From Phoronis australis (lineage: Eukaryota; Animalia; Phoronida), in the NCBI GenBank assembly GCA_002633005.1, contig NMRA01000413.1, positions 282,782 to 346,781 of the forward strand: DNA of 64,000 nucleotides, read 5' to 3'. Every line of letters starts with the position of its first letter. The stretch's first letter is position 1. The notes under the pieces are model-generated. The model was given only the letters and a program-made list of their open reading frames with translations, did no database searches and was not told the origin of the DNA. Of this stretch, positions 49,881 to 62,800 are shown one piece after another. Made by a program: the position numbers and the translations under genes.

Positions 49881-52349
49881 CTGTTTACAATCGATACTCA
49901 TTTCAATATTGCCTTCAAGTAGCGACACATTTCATACCCCNCCCCCCCATCATGTTAAGTTCGCACATACACAGATAACGTTCACCTCCAAGGGAAATTT
50001 GACGTTACGAAAATACCCGAGGTGTTTTGGATGGCGTTGGGCCTGAGACACTCGACTCACCGCCTCGCGAAACAAAATCCTTTTCGGTTCATTTTGGCGC
50101 AGGTGTGAACTATGAGCTGAGCTCATTTGCATTCCAGGCTCACAGCATTACGGCGTTTTCCCGTTGTTCCCAACTAGTTCGATCTTATAGCCCAACAACA
50201 TGTTGGGAAGTTTACCCCTGTAGCCAATATCTTACACGACTGATTAACTTCAGTCTGGCATTTAGGGTTAGAGGGCCAGCTCTCTTTTGATTGATAATTG
50301 CTCTAATCTCCAATAAGATCGTATCTACCCTGATAAGGCTGTGCTGTTAAAAATAAAAGTTAGGTTATAACATATTTGAACATAAACCAATAGCATTTCT
50401 GAAATCTTTGTCAAATGGTGATCATGTTTAGTTTTTGAATCGCCAAAATTGCCCTACTGCAACCGAAGTTACGACAATCTATTCTTTCCGAATACACCAA
50501 TTCACTCTGAGTTTGACTGTGTTCACAGGTGGTCTGTAATAAGCCTGGTAGATAATTGGCCTGCTTGTTGTCATAAAAGACAAAAGACTGTCCTTGGCAG
50601 TTAACAAAGAAGCTAGATGTCATCACACGCTCAGAACCCCCTACGTCTGGTAAAGTCACTGAACGGGAAAACGCTGTCATGGCCCCGTACAGTCTGCTTT
50701 CCGTACCTACCATCGAAATGATAATAGCAATTTAGAAATAAAGGGAGATAACTACGAAATTAGCTGACAGCTCGTTCCAGAGAGTGTACGATAAGATTTA
50801 TCATTGCCAAATATCAGCGTCATTGGTGAAATATTTTCCATGTCCCTTGAGGTTTGAAGCTTGTCCAGTTCAGGGCTATGTACACGGTCGTCCGGAAGCC
50901 AATACTGAAGCGCACAGAACATTTGTGGTGAAATATAGCCGTCTATCGGATTTGCAGATACATTAAGTAACGACCAGGAGTATACAGAGGTTGCTGATCC
51001 CAGTTTCATGTGATTTTTCGAAAAGTTTTCCTCGTCCATTGCCAGTGCCGTTCATTGGCGTTCAGTAGTGTAAGGAGAATTGCTACCGGTCGTTTCTTGC
51101 CCTCTGCTGAGGAAAGTTTAGCTCACAATCGGTAAGAAACATTGGTGACTGTCTATGTCCCGATCAGGTATGGTCTTGGGGTTACTCTCGACGTTTGATT
51201 TTTGACAGAATTCTACAGTTTTCGCCAGTAAGACTACTGTCCAAAAAGTTGTTTCGCTTTAATGCACAAAGATTATCTGTGAAAGCAGCAGCGATTTGTT
51301 TGATTCCATTGAATGTTTTGCACTTAATATGACTTGGGGAATATGGAGAGGTGACCATATTCACCGCGGTAACAGATTTTGCTGCCTAGTGATAAAACAA
51401 AGGGATCAGGACAAAGTTATGTTATTCAACCCAACGATCAAGTATATAATGAGCTTTCAGTAACTCTGCCATCCTTAATCTATTTTGCAGTTAGAAAGAA
51501 ATTATTCCGTAAACAAAAATGAATTGGCAAACATCTGAAAAGTAAGTAAAAACGTTTGGCAGCTCGTTTAGACAATGCTACCATCTGGATGCCGGACCGC
51601 TACGACCGTAAGTGTTGACACACACGTGAGCTATGCTCACTTGCGTTTCGGACGCTTAGCCCTCCGTCTGCCCAACCTTAGCTAACTTTAACACGAGATA
51701 GCCACCTGAGGAAGCAGCCCTAGGTCTTAGCCAACTTGCACTCACCTAGAAGCAGCCACCCGAGCTCTTAATTCGTGGCTGTGATAGGCCTTACTGTCAG
51801 CTGTAACTACATGTAGATACAAGTCGGAGCTACGGCGCTACAGGTACAAACCCTGAGGAAAACAATTAAACCTAAGTTTTGCAAATCAAAACTTTACCTT
51901 CTGGTAATTCCAATGCGTTTGCTTTTCACCGTGCAATGGGTCGATTCAAGCAGTCCGCTCGCAAAACTTGTCGACAATCTTGAATTTTCGACAATCGATC
52001 TCGACATCCTGGAGCTACTTTTAATTCATGAACCAACTTCAAATTATATCAGCATGGAACCCGCTGAATATTGAATAGAACTAATCTGCATACCACATGG
52101 ATTAACGCGTAAACGACATTTAAAGGAGAAAAATCTGTTGTGAATTTCAGGTGGCGTTAAATGACAGGTTTCTACAATTTGGGAGTGCGAATTTTGATTG
52201 AAATTTACGTGAGTACAACAGATGACTTCTGGTCCAGAAATGTAGAAATGTTCTTAACAACAATGAGTGAAGGTAGAATATTGCAAATTTCCTCAAAAAC
52301 TCTTGGTTGATGCACTTGGTCACAGTCTATCGTCACAAACGAGTCGAGA

Positions 52350-52540
52350 GTATCTAATTACTTCGTGCGATACACTTTGCTGGTTCTTCATGACGCAATA
52401 CCCGTGAGTAGTATTTATAATTACCCGCGACACACTTTGCTCGGTCCTTCGTCACGCAACATGTGACGGTAGTACTTTTTAATTACCCGCGACACATTTT
52501 GCTCGGTCCATGGTGACGCAACACGTGCCGGTAGTATCTC
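52350..52540. repeat. ~60-bp tandem repeat, 3 copies
   Basis: GACACACTTTGCTCGGTCC..GACGCAAC..GTAGTA..AATTACCCGC recurs. Confidence 0.8.
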
Positions 52541-55134
52541 ACTACTTACAACTCACACTATAATTGTGTCACTGAGTACCAAACCAGCAGGCAGCAGTTG
52601 GACTTAGAGGTAAGCCATGGCATGCAACTTTAGACTCCTATTCAACGAATCCCTTGCGTGCCGGACGTTTGTTCTTGCTTCTGTACATAGGAGCATGTCC
52701 TACAATCTTTATCGCGAAACTGCATCTGACAATTTCTCAAACTGCAGCCTTAATAATGATTATTCTCTTAAATTAAGATTGGTTAACAAATATAGCATGA
52801 ATTTATCTAATCATATCACTGACTGTCATTTTGCCCTTGAAATATAAAGTCGTCCACCTTTTTCATGATCAGGGTCGCAAAGAAGTACCACATTGTTGTC
52901 AACAAACTTTTCTATTTTGGTGTTTCCCCACAATAAAAAACATACGAACAGTGATAGAAATTAAAGTTACCTGTCCGACATATTATATATTCAGCATTTA
53001 TTCCGGACACGAAGTTTTTAGTGTATATAGAGTGTATTTCATTTATCAAGAAATAGATCAACTCGCTAGCAATATCCCCCGTAAAGTAAATTTCAATCCT
53101 GACCTGATGAGCCAACTACAAATTACATCAACATGAAGGCATGGCATTTGTGAGCGGGTTTGGCAGCGGACATTCGCCCAAGTAGCTCATCGACTTATGG
53201 GACAGTAGAGTGGAACTAGTTTATTCAAGGTAAAGTTTCGTAGACGCAAGAACTTTTCTAAGGAAGTTTAAGTGGTCACGTGTTTTACTTAAAATGCATA
53301 TCTTGTGAAGTGTTGCGAGTATATTGTTTTCACCACATTCCCATCTCTAACTAACGCACGCCAGTAAACGATGTGGTGCGCGAGCCCTTCCTAATTTAGT
53401 TCAACCGCACGTGACCTTTTCGTATCGTGTGGTGGATATTTTTAGAATCTATTAAATATAATTAGCTTACTCCAAAATTGTACTCACAATACAAACAGCA
53501 CTTTCCAGCGAACAACAGAAGGCGGTTTCACGGTATTTGTGTAATATTTCCCCAGCCAATCTATGTTAATCTCTCTCATTGTCCATCACATGAATCTCTC
53601 CTGGTTCTCGTTTGTGGTGAGTCCTATTGGACCTCAGAGAAACCGCCATCCTGGTCTTGCCTGCGCAAAGGCTGTGGCACCTGAAACTGAAAACGATGGC
53701 GTCACAAACACCTGATTGTATCCAATATGATGTGAACATCGTTTCAAATGAAAAACCTCTCACGGTTTCCATTTGAAGTAGACGACAGATATGCAGGGTA
53801 GATAGTCTTCCAGCATCAACGTTCTCATGGACAGCGTCCTTTACTGACGCAATTCTTGTCTTACCAGCTGTAAAGCACAATTCAGCTTAAAAAAACAGTG
53901 CAGGTGGTCTGATGTCATTTGCGGTGCATCAGACGTGCGCAGGCCTCATGGTTGGGCCCATTGCACAAAACACCTGAGTAAAGGCACGAGACCCCAATTA
54001 TGGCTCATCGTGAAGAAAGTTTTCAAGTCTTCCAGTCTCCTTTAGGAAAACGGACAGACAATTCAGCTTAACTAACTCAATTCTTTCCCCGTGGTTTAGT
54101 GTTTCCCACTGCTTAAGATTGGGTAAGATCTACAGAAAATTTCCAAATTTGGAACGTCATATCTCACAAATGGCATATCGGCTTCATGCAACTTTCACGA
54201 ACTGTGCTTTATGCTCCATTCTGCAAAAACGCTGACTAGAATTGTTTTCAAAACAAATCACTTTTGCATGAGGTGCTGTCAAAAAGCTATTTGATGATTT
54301 TCATGACAAATTCAAAATTTGTCAAATATGAATACGAAATGGTTTTTTGAACACTGTAACACGTATATAGCGTTTTCGAGATTTGGTCTTAAACTTTTAT
54401 ATCAAATAAAATATGGACAATTTTCTTATACTGTTATTTCGCTATAAATGGTCTTTGTCCTTTTTACGAAATTTTGCTAAAAAGACAGGGTCACATTACG
54501 CAATTGAAAACCGATTGGTATAAAGTTAAAATAAGGCTTTCTACTTTTCTAGAAAATGTGTATTTTACACAGCAAATTTCTATAATCTTCTGCATGTTTG
54601 GCAACTTGCACACACTTCTCAATAAGGTCCTTTATAACTTTATCTTCCCCTTTTATCTCACCGTTCAGCTTCACCACACTAAACATAGTCTGAACACTCA
54701 CTTGTACAGTCGCGCCATGAAAAGTAGTCCCATCCAGTCATCTGGGGTTTCCAACTACTATAATGTGTCTGTTGGCACTTAGCACAACGGTAGAGTAAAA
54801 CTGTTAAAAATAATTTCGAGGTCTATCTGGAATAAAAAGATTAGAACCCAGGCACTGATGATGTGAATCAAAATTTCACTTTTTGGAGGGTTGTGTCGCT
54901 TTTGTAGGAAGTAAGTTTACAAGTGTTACCCTTCAAAGTAAGCTAAGTATTGGTCGGCTCACGTACCCAAATTCAGACTTCGAACTACCTGGTACCGATT
55001 TATGACTATTCAACACACATGGAATCACCTACGAGAATGAATTCATAGAACTACATACATGTCCTACCAGAAGACATGTCCAGGAGCTGTGGAAGTAAGG
55101 TTGGCCACAATCGGTGCAACGATTGAAATCCAAC

Positions 55135-56624
55135 TGTACATCAATGATCAATGATCTTCCAGACACGATAAGCTCTAAAACATTCTTATATGCTGATGAC
55201 ACTGCAATTTTCCACCCATTCTCAAAAGAGCATCCCCATGACTCCTTACAATTGCAAACTGATCTTAACAAACTCTATGACTGGTCTCACAAATGGAAGA
55301 TGAAGTTTAAACCTGAAAAAAGTGTTGATCTTATATTTTCTAAGTCTAATAATACTCATTTCCAAACAAATCCAACACTGAAATTATCACTCAATGGGGA
55401 AGTTATCCCCAATAAGTTCACGCACAAACATCTTGGCTTGCTACTCGACCATAAGCTTACATTTACTCCTCATTGTCGCGAACTTGTTCAAAATGTACAA
55501 AAATTAATTAATCCAATTAGAATTATCTCTCGTCATCTCAACTCCATGCATCTTGAAACTCTGTTCAAGTCTTTTGTACTTCCACATCTACATTACTGTG
55601 ACATAATCTACCAATCGGCAAACGCTGGCATACTTCTTCAATAGAAAGACTACAATACCAAGCAGCTTTAGCCATAACCGGGGCATACAAAGTGTCCAAC
55701 ACAATCAAGGTTCTAAATAGTCTTCACTGGAGCAAACTAGCAACCCGTCGTAAACTCCACCTGTCCATGTATGCATTCAAAGTCTTAACCAACATAAACA
55801 ATTACTCAAACAAAATCCTCTTTGACTGCTACAAAAGACCAAGCTCGAGACCAGGACTCCGGCAAAGCAATATGTATACTATTCCAGCCTCCATCAGCCA
55901 AGCCTTCAGAAGATCAACGATATTAACTTGTATTGACAACTGGAATTCCTTAACATTCAAAATAAAAGAAAGCTCTTCAATCGTCACTCTCAAAAATAAC
56001 TTTAAAATGCATACCACTACTCCAGACTTGCCAGTCCCATTGACATCATTCCAACTTCCCCGCAACCATGAAATAACCCTATACAGATCAAGATGTGGTC
56101 TATTCCTAAACAACGAGAAATTTAGACATAATTTTAATAATATTTCGGCTCTGTGTTCCTGTGGAGATACCCAGACATATCCTCATGTTTTCTTTGCTTG
56201 TGAGGTATGCAAGGAGGAGAGGGTACAACTCTTCCAGGCACTGGAACAATACCCCAATGTTTATAAAAAATATTCTGAAATTCCGCAATTGTACAACAAA
56301 ATTAATTTCTTTCTATATGGATGTCAAGAACTTAACTCAAACGAAAATAAGGTTTTATTTGAAATAGTATCAGAATTTCTTTATAACATTAAATCTCTTT
56401 GTGTGAGTGGATAGAATTTTATACATCTGTATGAAAATGAATTATTTTCATTCGATGTCATACATCATTGTATTCTTAACATCAGTTTTTTTATTTATGT
56501 ATTCGTATATAATCATTGTATATAGATTTCTTTGTATTTTTACCCAGATCTAATGCCTCTTAGCGCTTTCTGGGTTATGTATATTCATTGTATTCTGAAG
56601 ATTTCGTAATAAACATTAAAAAAA
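55135..56624 (+). mobile_element. 5'-truncated LINE (L2/CR1 group, Crack/Daphne-like) with RT C-terminal half, frameshifted
   Basis: INDLP..LYADDT, WKMKFKPEKS, KHLGLLLD..LTF, PHLHYCDIIY and a C-terminal CSCG..H..C. 3' hairpin ACCCAGA..TCTGGGT, AATAAA and poly(A). TSD ATTGAAATCCAAC at 55122-55134 and 56625-56637. Confidence 0.88.
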
Positions 56625-56722
56625 ATTGAAATCCAACATGTAATGTAAGTTCAGTTGTCAGCCACTCACGCTGTTACACCGATGTAGACAGTGTGCGGAT
56701 TATCGAATCTATTCTAATGTGT

Positions 56723-56782
56723 AGTGAACACTGGTAGTAATATGCTGACTGTGGTCCATGAGTAAGTCATAAGGCCATTTAT

Positions 56783-56814
<32 letters not shown>

Positions 56815-56982
56815 TCATGTGCTCTTTGAATTTGTGTCATTGAACATTACAGTGAACACTGGTAGTAATATGCTGACTGTGGTCCATGAGTAAGTCATAA
56901 GGCCATTTATTCTTTTTTATATGTATATATATATATATATATATATTCATGTGCTCTTTGAATTTGTGTCATTGAACATTAC
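56723..56982. repeat. Direct tandem duplication of about 130 bp containing an (AT)n microsatellite
   Basis: Copies 56723-56850 and 56851-56982 are identical except in the T/(AT)n tract. Confidence 0.92.
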
Positions 56983-57269
56983 AGAACCAACGCTACCGCC
57001 CTTTTACCGACGATGGAGACTGGCTAGCCGACAAATGTTTTCTTCGAAGGTTATAAAATTCGAACGTTGTACTTCTGGTGGAAACTGCCTTACGAACACA
57101 ACCAAACACAAAGAAACTTGCATGAAATCCATGTTTTTTAAAGAATTGTGTGAGTTATATTGATTAGAATACATTGATAAGGTACAAGTGTCTAGGACAT
57201 TGCTGTTCATTTACACCGTTGTTGGTCGTCGGGTATCCAAGAATTTTGATAACATAGAAACCCTATAGT

Positions 57270-57625
57270 TTCAGATAACGTAAGCTTTAAACACTTAAAT
57301 TATCAGAAAAGCATAAGTTTTGGTTATTCGAATAACTTAAGTTATCGTAAAATTTAAGCTTGTTTCTGAAAACTTAAGTTTTATACTTGAAAAACTTTTC
57401 TGAAAAACTAAATTCTCTGAAAAACGTTAAATTGAGCTGTTTTTTGACGAAAAGCTTAAGTTTTAAAAACTTAGGTTTCAAAACCTAATAAGTTTCTTTT
57501 AAAAACTCCAGTTCTGCGTGAGAACTTAAGTTTTTCCTCAAAAACGTAAGTTATTTTCCAAAACTTCAAGTCTTTCCGTCAAAAACCTAAGTTTTCAGCC
57601 AAAATCTTAAACTCAGTTTTGTAAA
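57270..57625. repeat. Degenerate array of AAAACTTAAGTTTT-like palindromic units
   Basis: Repeated GAAAACTTAAGTTTT, AAAAGCTTAAGTTTT, AAAACGTAAGTT and AAAACCTAAGTTTT about every 20-25 bp. Confidence 0.7.
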
Positions 57626-57715
57626 AGAAACTCTATGTGATCTACAATTGTTCAATGTAAATCAGCAAGTCATCACGTGTCCTACTGATATTGCCCAATG
57701 GTTTGCAAATTATTT

Positions 57716-58233
57716 CACTACTGGTCACTAGCACCAGTTCTACTGGTCAATAACACCGTACTACTGGTCACTAACACTTGCACTACTGGTCACTAACACC
57801 TGCACTACTGGTCACTAACACCTGCACTACTGGTCACTAGCACCTGTACTACTGGTCAGTAGTACCTGTACTACTGGTCAATAACACCTGCACTTCTGGT
57901 CACTAACACCTGCACTACTGTTCACTAACACCTGTACTACTGGTTAGTAGTACCTGTACTACTAATCAATAACACCTGCACCACTGGTCAGTAACACCTG
58001 TACTACTGGTCACTAGCACCAGTACTACTGGTCACTGGCACCAGTACTACTGGTCACTAACACCGTACTAGTGGTCACTAACACCTGCACTACTGGTCAC
58101 TAACACCTGCACTACTGGTCACTAACACCTGCACTACTGGTCACTAACACCTGCACTTCTGGTCACTAACACCTGTAATACTGGTCAGTAATTCCTGTAC
58201 TACTGGTCACTAACACCTGCACTACTGGTCACT
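57716..58233. repeat. 22-bp minisatellite, about 23 copies
   Basis: Unit CACTACTGGTCACTAACACCTG with point variants. Confidence 0.95.
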
Positions 58234-58476
58234 GCTTACTTCACTGACTTTCTAGAGTTTTGGTGTAAATTAGACCGTTTTTTGACTTAGACGTCTAACT
58301 GGCAAGTTGACTTACACTACATGCAATCTTAACTATTTCACATCCACGTCAGAAAATGTTGTTGTTTACCATTCAATAAATTGCAGACTAACTCGCAGAA
58401 AAGGGAAGGTGGAAGAGCCTAAACAGCAAATTATATGTCTTTACCTGGAATCTAACAAGTGTATGCAAGGCATTCA

Positions 58477-58583
58477 TATAGGAGGCGCACCATTGGGAGC
58501 CCCCCACGTTTTTCAGTGCTTTGCAGCCCATGGTCTACGGGCGTTACACAACAGGGGGGCTTTTTTCAGTTGCGCCGCCTATG
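58477..58583. mobile_element. Small MITE with 5-bp TSD
   Basis: TATAGGAGGCGCA...TGCGCCGCCTATG flanked by ATTCA/ATTCA. Confidence 0.68.
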
Positions 58584-59066
58584 ATTCAAGGTAAAAGCGG
58601 CACTTTATACTCTAGGTTGACCATTCTGTTGCTAAGTTTGTGCAGCGATCGTATGCATTAGTTATGAGCCGTATGATTCATCGATAAAGTGCTCTCCCTT
58701 CACAAGTCTACGCTAGCACGTAACGAATTATCTGGATTGGCTCCACTTTTAAGTATCTATAGCAACCAGTGAATCGAATGTTCACGGCAAAGTTGGCTCT
58801 CCAGAGCGATTCCTACTAGCTGTTCTACCTCCCGTATATACAACTAGCTGGTTCGGTATTTGGATGCGTGTTTGCATTCGCTAGATTTATTATTCGACAT
58901 TCCAACGGTGGTAAACGAGAAATCAGGAAAGTAAGAAAGATTGTGACAGTAAACAAACGCCATTACTTCACAGTGACTTTAGCGCTTGTCATCCGTTTAC
59001 TGTGAAAACACTGCTTAGGTCTATTACGTGTATGTTTATGAAGTTTTCACAGCAAACGAAGAAAAA

Positions 59067-59297
59067 CAGAGGCGGATCTACACGGGCTTCAGGGGGTTCA
59101 ACCCCCCCTCGGGACAGGATCAAAAATAAAAATTGAAAAAAATCCCCAGAAAAACGAAATCATCTACTAATAACCACAAAAAATCTTACACGAGAGGAGG
59201 AAACCTCCTACGGACCTTCCTTCCGCTAGGCGCTACGCGCCTCCGATTCGTTCGAAACCTACCCCCCTCCCTTACTGAAAACGTAAATCTGCCACTG
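59067..59297. mobile_element. MITE-like element with CAG(A/T)GGC(G/A)GAT termini
   Basis: CAGAGGCGGATCTAC ... GTAAATCTGCCACTG imperfect TIR; no TSD evident. Confidence 0.55.
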
Positions 59298-61007
59298 AAG
59301 GGGCACATATAGACAATACTTAGTTATTAGTGACGTACAACTATATGTAGGAAATTTGTTTTGATCAGCGAATTCAGTTTCCTTTTGCTCTTACGCCCAC
59401 CAGGCTTGAGAGCAAAGGTTGACACAGGTCGGTGTATTGGTTCAATGAACAATGACACCACGCTTCGCTTCATTCTGTACTAAGGGTCAAGTCAATGGAA
59501 TATCATGAATGTGTTCTGCAATAAGCATATTTAATGATAACATTGCTGAATTCGGTAGTCCATCGCGCGTTTCTAATTCATGTACTGTAATTCTTTACTT
59601 TCACAAAAACTATTATTGTCATTCTACTGTTTTTTCAAAACTTATCGCTTTGCTACAAATACTGCAAACGTTGTTTTATAATATCTACGCAGTACACACC
59701 AAGTCAGTAATAGACCAAGTGTCAAGTGGCCGTTTACACACGCAATTTCATTAACTGTGGCAAGACGGAAATTGTACGCCGGAGAGTGGAATGCACATGC
59801 GCAGGTTTTCAAATAGCGGTAGTTGCAGAGACAGAAAGCCCTTATGTAGGTTATTGCACAAGCGCAGTAGAGACGATCCTTTCCGCCTTGCCCCAGTTTC
59901 GCGTTTAGACATATAATTGACACGGAGCAAGATGTTCGAGCGCAAATTGCCACACCTCACAAACGGTGGCACAAGTTGTCACCGCGGTGTCAATTTGCTC
60001 CGTGTCAGACCCGTTTACACAATGGAACATCTCGTTTCGTGTCAGCTGATCCATGTCAACTTTTGTAGTAAAACGGCACTAAACAGTTCTAGCCGGGAAT
60101 AGGATGCATTACTAATACCCTTCTCTGAGAAAGTGTCAGTAAACAACATGTGGAAAGTTAAGTAATATGATGACTAAATGAAATGATGCTAAAATACAAT
60201 AACACGTTCAACGACAAACCTCAAATTACTCGGCCGAATCTACCTTTAATCGTAAGAGAGATATATTGCTTGCACGTGGGATCACATATTTTGTCCAGTT
60301 GGAGGTCCATGTACTATATAGCCTACGATTCTAGTGACGGAACTTGTGGTCTGGCTTTGTCACAGGTGCACAAGGATTTACCCAGCTCTATCTTCCTCCT
60401 CACCCGCCTCATGCTTGAAAAACACTCATTTACACCAATGAAAGCCTGTAGAGAAGCTGTGGAAATAACCTTCGTGATCGAACGTGCATGTACATACACA
60501 TACATATACAAAGATATGTATGTATGTATGTATGCATGCATGCATATGACTACAATGAAAATAGTGATGTGTTGACTGGTGGAAGGATACAACGTTACGC
60601 AACGCATGGAATGTGAGCCATACAGTTTGAACACACAATTCCAGCACGTGCAAGACGACTGTTGATGATTGACCGATTCTACGGGTGAAAATTATTTGTA
60701 AGTATTACTATTTGGTAAACAATTTGATTTTACCATGTGTAGCAGGTGAAAAACATTACTGAAGGGAAACGAAACGAACCTCTGAAGATGACTGACACAT
60801 CAGTGCTGTTCAAGAAATGCAGGCATTAAGATCTGTCAACTCAACAACAGAAACTTGCAGCCAAACAAGTGACAATTATGAAGAAACATTATAAGAATAG
60901 TTGAAAGCTGCAGAGGCACAGTATAACTACCACTGTCAAGTTAGATTTCACGCTAGGAGGCATCTAGACAGTGGAATGAATAGACATCAGATTGTTCTGA
61001 AACCCAA

Positions 61008-61787
61008 TCGACCCCCACGACCCACAACCCCCCACAACCCTCGACCACGTCCCACAACCCCCTCGACCCCGTTTACGTATACACGAGCTCGAATCTTTCT
61101 GAACATAGAACAAGCGCTGACTTGTAAGACCAATGAGTTGCTCCGTGAGCTCGGCTTGCTTTTCCCTGTTTTTGTAATTAAGGCAGTCTATTCGCCAAGT
61201 TTGAAAACCAAAAACAGAAAATACAACGCGACCAAATCAAATCAAAGACCTACATGTACCAACTTTACAAATGTCGTTCCCAGAAGAGTGTAATCGTCTT
61301 GTGTATTGCAGAGTGCGAGGAACCGACAAAACTGTAATTTCACTAGTAGGCTAAATACGGTTTGAAAAACGAAACTGCTAATTAAAAAGATTTCAACGTT
61401 GTATGGAGTATATTGTAAACGAGTCAACATATTTAGCAAATAATAAAAATATGAAACTATGTACATTCACGTTAACGTACTCTCTTATTAATTTTATCAG
61501 AACTGGGCCTGGTAGCCGCTCGTGGAACTATTTTCATGACAACGATAGCGCGCTCACAATGCGTTATTCAAGATCACCGGAGTTCTCACGCCACTTTCTG
61601 TTTTTAATTACCTAACTTCAGCTAAAGCAGACTCGCGTGTAGGTATGTCTTATGGGAAAGTAACCCAGCGACGTTATAAGATTATAAAATGTGTAAAAAG
61701 CGCACAGATATCTCTATTACCACAGGTTGTGGGTCGAGGGGCTCGTGGGTCGAGGGGGTCGTGGATCGAGGGGGTCGTGGGTCGAGG
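61008..61787. repeat. Two inverted arrays of a GC-rich (CTCGACCC/CACGACCC)-type repeat (61008-61070 and 61726-61787); the second runs into an assembly gap
   Basis: CCCTCGACC..CACAACC units on the left and GGGTCGAGGGGGTCGTG units on the right. Confidence 0.6.
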
Positions 61788-61830
61788 NNNNNNNNNNNNN
61801 NNNNNNNNNNNNNNNNNNNNNNNNNNNNNN
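61788..61830. other. Assembly gap (N run)
   Basis: Run of N. Confidence 0.99.
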
Positions 61831-61835
61831 AAGTA

Positions 61836-62800
61836 CAGTGGCGGATCTAGGATATCACAAGGGGGTCAACATTTTGTCTGTAAACATTTGCGCAAAACAC
61901 GATTGTTGATGTGCATAGCACCGAATCGGGGGAGGTCGGGAGGGGGGTTTGCCCACCTCCCGCCCAGGAAAAATGTTCTGTCTTTTCCTCTAAAAATCAA
62001 GCATTTTCCTTGATTCCTGAAGTATTATCCAAGAAGAAATAAAAAACACGGAGAACATGTCAAACTTGAAAAACTGCAATTATCGCAGCCTCGAACTCAC
62101 GCCCTGGCTCATAGAGCGCGCGTGGTTTACCACTACACCAACACGATTCCACTCGTAAATTGAAACTAAGAGTCCTACTTGTTTATCGTCCACAGTGTTT
62201 GCGCGCGAAACCTGCTTCTTTTTGTAATTCCTATTACACTTTTTATATTTTTGGAATCAGTTCGTAACAAATTTGTTGTATTTAAAATAGTCTTCAATTG
62301 CCCAAAAGACCAAATCCGTTTTTTGGGTTGGCATTAATGACACGATTGCTTTGGAAATCGTCTTAAGTTAAGGTTTGACAAAGAGAGAATTATGAATTTC
62401 TGAGTGATTCACTAAGGCTTCGATTAAAATTCACATCTTACCAGCAGCTTCTGTTTTTTCATCATCACTCAGATTCTATTTTCTTTAAAAAATGAAGTAT
62501 TTTTTTCATTGCACAGTGAAGCAGACGACGAAAACGGAGTCGTAGTGCGCAGCGCCACTGCCGGTCGCCTGGGATATTGCGGGAGACTGAGCCTATACTT
62601 AGTATACTTCCGTTACGATTGAGCCGTGTTCCGAATTTGACACTAAAACTGCACACATATAAACCTTGTTTCCGCCATTTAATGTTAATTACCGGGGTTA
62701 ATTAATAAACTCAACATTTCCCTACGCTCTTGCTGTTTTAATTTTTGCGGCAGACAACGGGGGGGCGGGCCCCCTGTTCCCCCCCTTAAATCCGCCCATG
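61836..62800. mobile_element. Non-autonomous DNA element with GGCGGAT termini and putative 5-bp TSD
   Basis: CAGTGGCGGATCTAGG ... CTTAAATCCGCCCATG flanked by AAGTA/AAGTA. The left flank abuts an N gap. Confidence 0.5.
62086..62150 (-). mobile_element. Degenerate tRNA-like / SINE head
   Basis: Minus strand has TGGTGTAGTGG (A box) and GAGTTCGAGGC (B-box-like); no acceptor stem. Confidence 0.4.

Noticed and set aside
50411-51364. Cluster of minus-strand ORFs (50411-50713, 50752-51039, 51182-51364) as a third gene
   Set aside because: No recognisable domain, stops between frames, and no consistent spliced reading frame could be built.
57716-58233. Regular short repeats that might suggest a CRISPR array or a Thr/Pro mucin-like ORF
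   Set aside because: The units are contiguous with no unique spacers, the context is eukaryotic, and the 22-bp period breaks frame and contains TAA.
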